Source: an uncultured Bacteroidales bacterium (GTDB taxonomy: Bacteria > Bacteroidota > Bacteroidia > Bacteroidales > FEN-979). Taken from it: a stretch of DNA of 64,000 bases. A model generated the notes under the pieces. That model saw only the letters and a list, made by a program, of their open reading frames with translations. It had not been told where the DNA came from and did no database searches. Positions 62,394-64,000 of the stretch are shown here, piece after piece. Positions within the stretch are counted from its first letter, which is position 1. Every line of letters begins with the position of its first letter. The position numbers were made by a program, and so were the translations under genes. The DNA lies in contig CAIRDP010000030.1 of the NCBI GenBank assembly GCA_903877385.1, positions 9,974-73,973 of the forward strand, in the 5' to 3' direction.

Positions 62394-64000
62394 TTATTTG
62401 TTGATGACTTTGGTTACGAAATTCTGACTCACTGTTGCAAGGTGAATGATATATACCCCTGTTGCAAGCGGAGCTTCAATGCTGCTGATGCCATTGAACA
62501 TTTGTGATTGACTGCGGATGACTTGTCCGATAGCATTATACACCGTGATGCTGGCAAGCTGGCCCTGCATTGAGGGTACATCCAGGTAGATTCTGCCGTT
62601 GCTGATGAATGCCCTGCCGCTGACGGCCTCAGTATTTCCCTGAACTCCTGTTAATCCGTTAAAATGAAGTACGAAACGGTCGGAGGCGCTGCTGCTCAGG
62701 TAACTGAAAGTATACACCGGCCCGGCCCTGAGGTCGACGGTTTTCCCAAGGATTTTGTCTTCCAGATAAATGCCTGTGGCCGGATTGAATGAATCCATCC
62801 CGCTTGCGGTGAAGGTAACAGCTGAAGTTACATTGAAGGTAAAATCAAGAGGCACGGTGACCGGTTCTGCGCCCAGCGGGAGGCTGTTGATAGCCAGGGA
62901 TATGCCATCCGCAGTCACAGAACTAAGCTGGGGAGCATCGGCTCCGCCGGTCATCTTGTATGCATCCCACTGGCCATCAAAACCGGCGGTGGCTCCATCG
63001 GCAAAACGGACCACGATTTCGTCGCTGGCAGTGCCGGCATCGGCATGGATCTTAAACAAATCGGGGATGACCGCCTTGTCCTTCAGAAAAGATACCGAAT
63101 TATGAACTCTTACATTATACCCCATTGTGAGTACCGGGCTGGAAGCATTGGCATGCACGAAGAACGCCTGCCCGGGAGCGATATACTGGCTGCCGCCATT
63201 GGTGGAGACACCGCCTACGTATGAAGCATAGTTGGCAGTGTTCCATACATACAACGCATTATCAATATTGGTCTTGGTCCAGCCGCCTGAAGCCAGCCAG
63301 TCGATCGAAGAAGGGTAGGGATTGGGTACAAGGTTGAATCCTTTCGTAGCGTCAGTGTATCCGGTGAGAACAGTAAATGAATCATTATTCATGGGCCCGG
63401 TAAAAGTATAAGTGGTGCTGCTTCCTGCCTGGTAGTATATCATATAACCACGGTTCACTGTTAAAGCGTTGGAGGTGGAGGTTCCCATGTTAACCCATCC
63501 ATTATTTGCAGGCACAGGTATACTTTCATCGAAATAGTACAGATAGGAGTCTATAAACAGACTGCTGTATGGATTTGAAGCCTGTGTCATGGGCACCGAA
63601 ACGAGATGGTACTTCATAACACTGATATCAGTGCTGCCAGTAACATACCTCTGAATAGTGGCATTGACACTGGCTGTATTATTGATAAGCGAGCCGGTGC
63701 CGGTGGCATCGCTCTGGATTACCAGGCTGCCGGTTCCGGCGTTATTAGTAAGTGTTCCGTTCACCGTCAGGGCTTTGCCCGGGGCGATGGTAAGCGCCGC
63801 ACCTGAAGCAATGGTGAGGTCGTTGCAAACGGCGGGTGCGCCGGGAGCCTCATTAACAATCGGTTGGTTGGCTGGGGCGCTGGGGATGGTTGCATTAACC
63901 GATGCAGTTGGAACAGAATTGGTACTCCAGTTAGTCGAAGTATTCCAGTTGGTTGAAGTTGTGCCAGTCCAGGTTGCTGCGGCAGCTGGCAATTCATAAG
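62394..64000 (-). CDS. large T9SS-sorted surface protein, C-terminal part (ORF probably continues beyond the window)
   Basis: The C-terminal ASITVYNAIGQVIRSQSQMFNGISSIEAPLATGVYIIHLATVSQNFVTKVINK fits a T9SS CTD. The N-terminal part visible here is Thr/Asn/Ser-rich (TWTGTTSTNWNTSTNWSTN). Confidence 0.7.
   Translation of the reverse strand, partial: YELPAAAATWTGTTSTNWNTSTNWSTNSVPTASVNATIPSAPANQPIVNEAPGAPAVCNDLTIASGAALTIAPGKALTVNGTLTNNAGTGSLVIQSDATGTGSLINNTASVNATIQRYVTGSTDISVMKYHLVSVPMTQASNPYSSLFIDSYLYYFDESIPVPANNGWVNMGTSTSNALTVNRGYMIYYQAGSSTTYTFTGPMNNDSFTVLTGYTDATKGFNLVPNPYPSSIDWLASGGWTKTNIDNALYVWNTANYASYVGGVSTNGGSQYIAPGQAFFVHANASSPVLTMGYNVRVHNSVSFLKDKAVIPDLFKIHADAGTASDEIVVRFADGATAGFDGQWDAYKMTGGADAPQLSSVTADGISLAINSLPLGAEPVTVPLDFTFNVTSAVTFTASGMDSFNPATGIYLEDKILGKTVDLRAGPVYTFSYLSSSASDRFVLHFNGLTGVQGNTEAVSGRAFISNGRIYLDVPSMQGQLASITVYNAIGQVIRSQSQMFNGISSIEAPLATGVYIIHLATVSQNFVTKVINK

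Overview
The window looks like Bacteroidota chromosome. Support: several T9SS C-terminal sorting domains, a FISUMP lipoprotein, LytS/LytTR regulators and a TAnnTTTG-type -7 promoter box. Reading left to right, there are five blocks. (1) 1-8.7 kb is a housekeeping and efflux block: a partial membrane protein, rpoN, a LytS/LytTR two-component pair and a TolC/MacA/MacB-type ABC efflux operon. (2) 8.75-16.05 kb is a six-gene cluster that resembles a group-4 [NiFe]-hydrogenase (formate hydrogenlyase/Hyf type). Its large subunit has lost the Ni-Fe cysteines and its small subunit has lost all four proximal Fe-S cysteines, so it fits the 'energy-converting hydrogenase related' (Ehr-like) class. (3) 16-26.3 kb holds a T9SS cargo protein, a FISUMP lipoprotein, tRNA-Arg(CCT), a decayed HU gene stub beside a 22-bp-arm palindromic element, and an RND efflux locus. 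In that locus the pump, a periplasmic ABC_sub_bind-like domain and a TolC-like outer-membrane factor are one uninterrupted 1812-codon ORF. (4) 27,250-61,390 is a 34.1-kb Mu-like transposable prophage. It splits an AAA-ATPase (DUF4143-type) gene exactly at a codon boundary and is flanked by a 5-bp direct duplication, ACATT. It carries MuA/MuB-like transposition genes, a divergent XRE repressor, portal/MuF/MuG-like head genes, a contractile tail module, a GH108 endolysin with a 3TM holin, a terminal Dam methylase, and a T9SS-sorted cargo gene. (5) 61.4-64 kb holds the ATPase 3' fragment, a tiny signal-peptide/PID-CTERM-like protein and a partial T9SS adhesin. All functional calls come from reading motifs in the supplied translations; no database search was possible.
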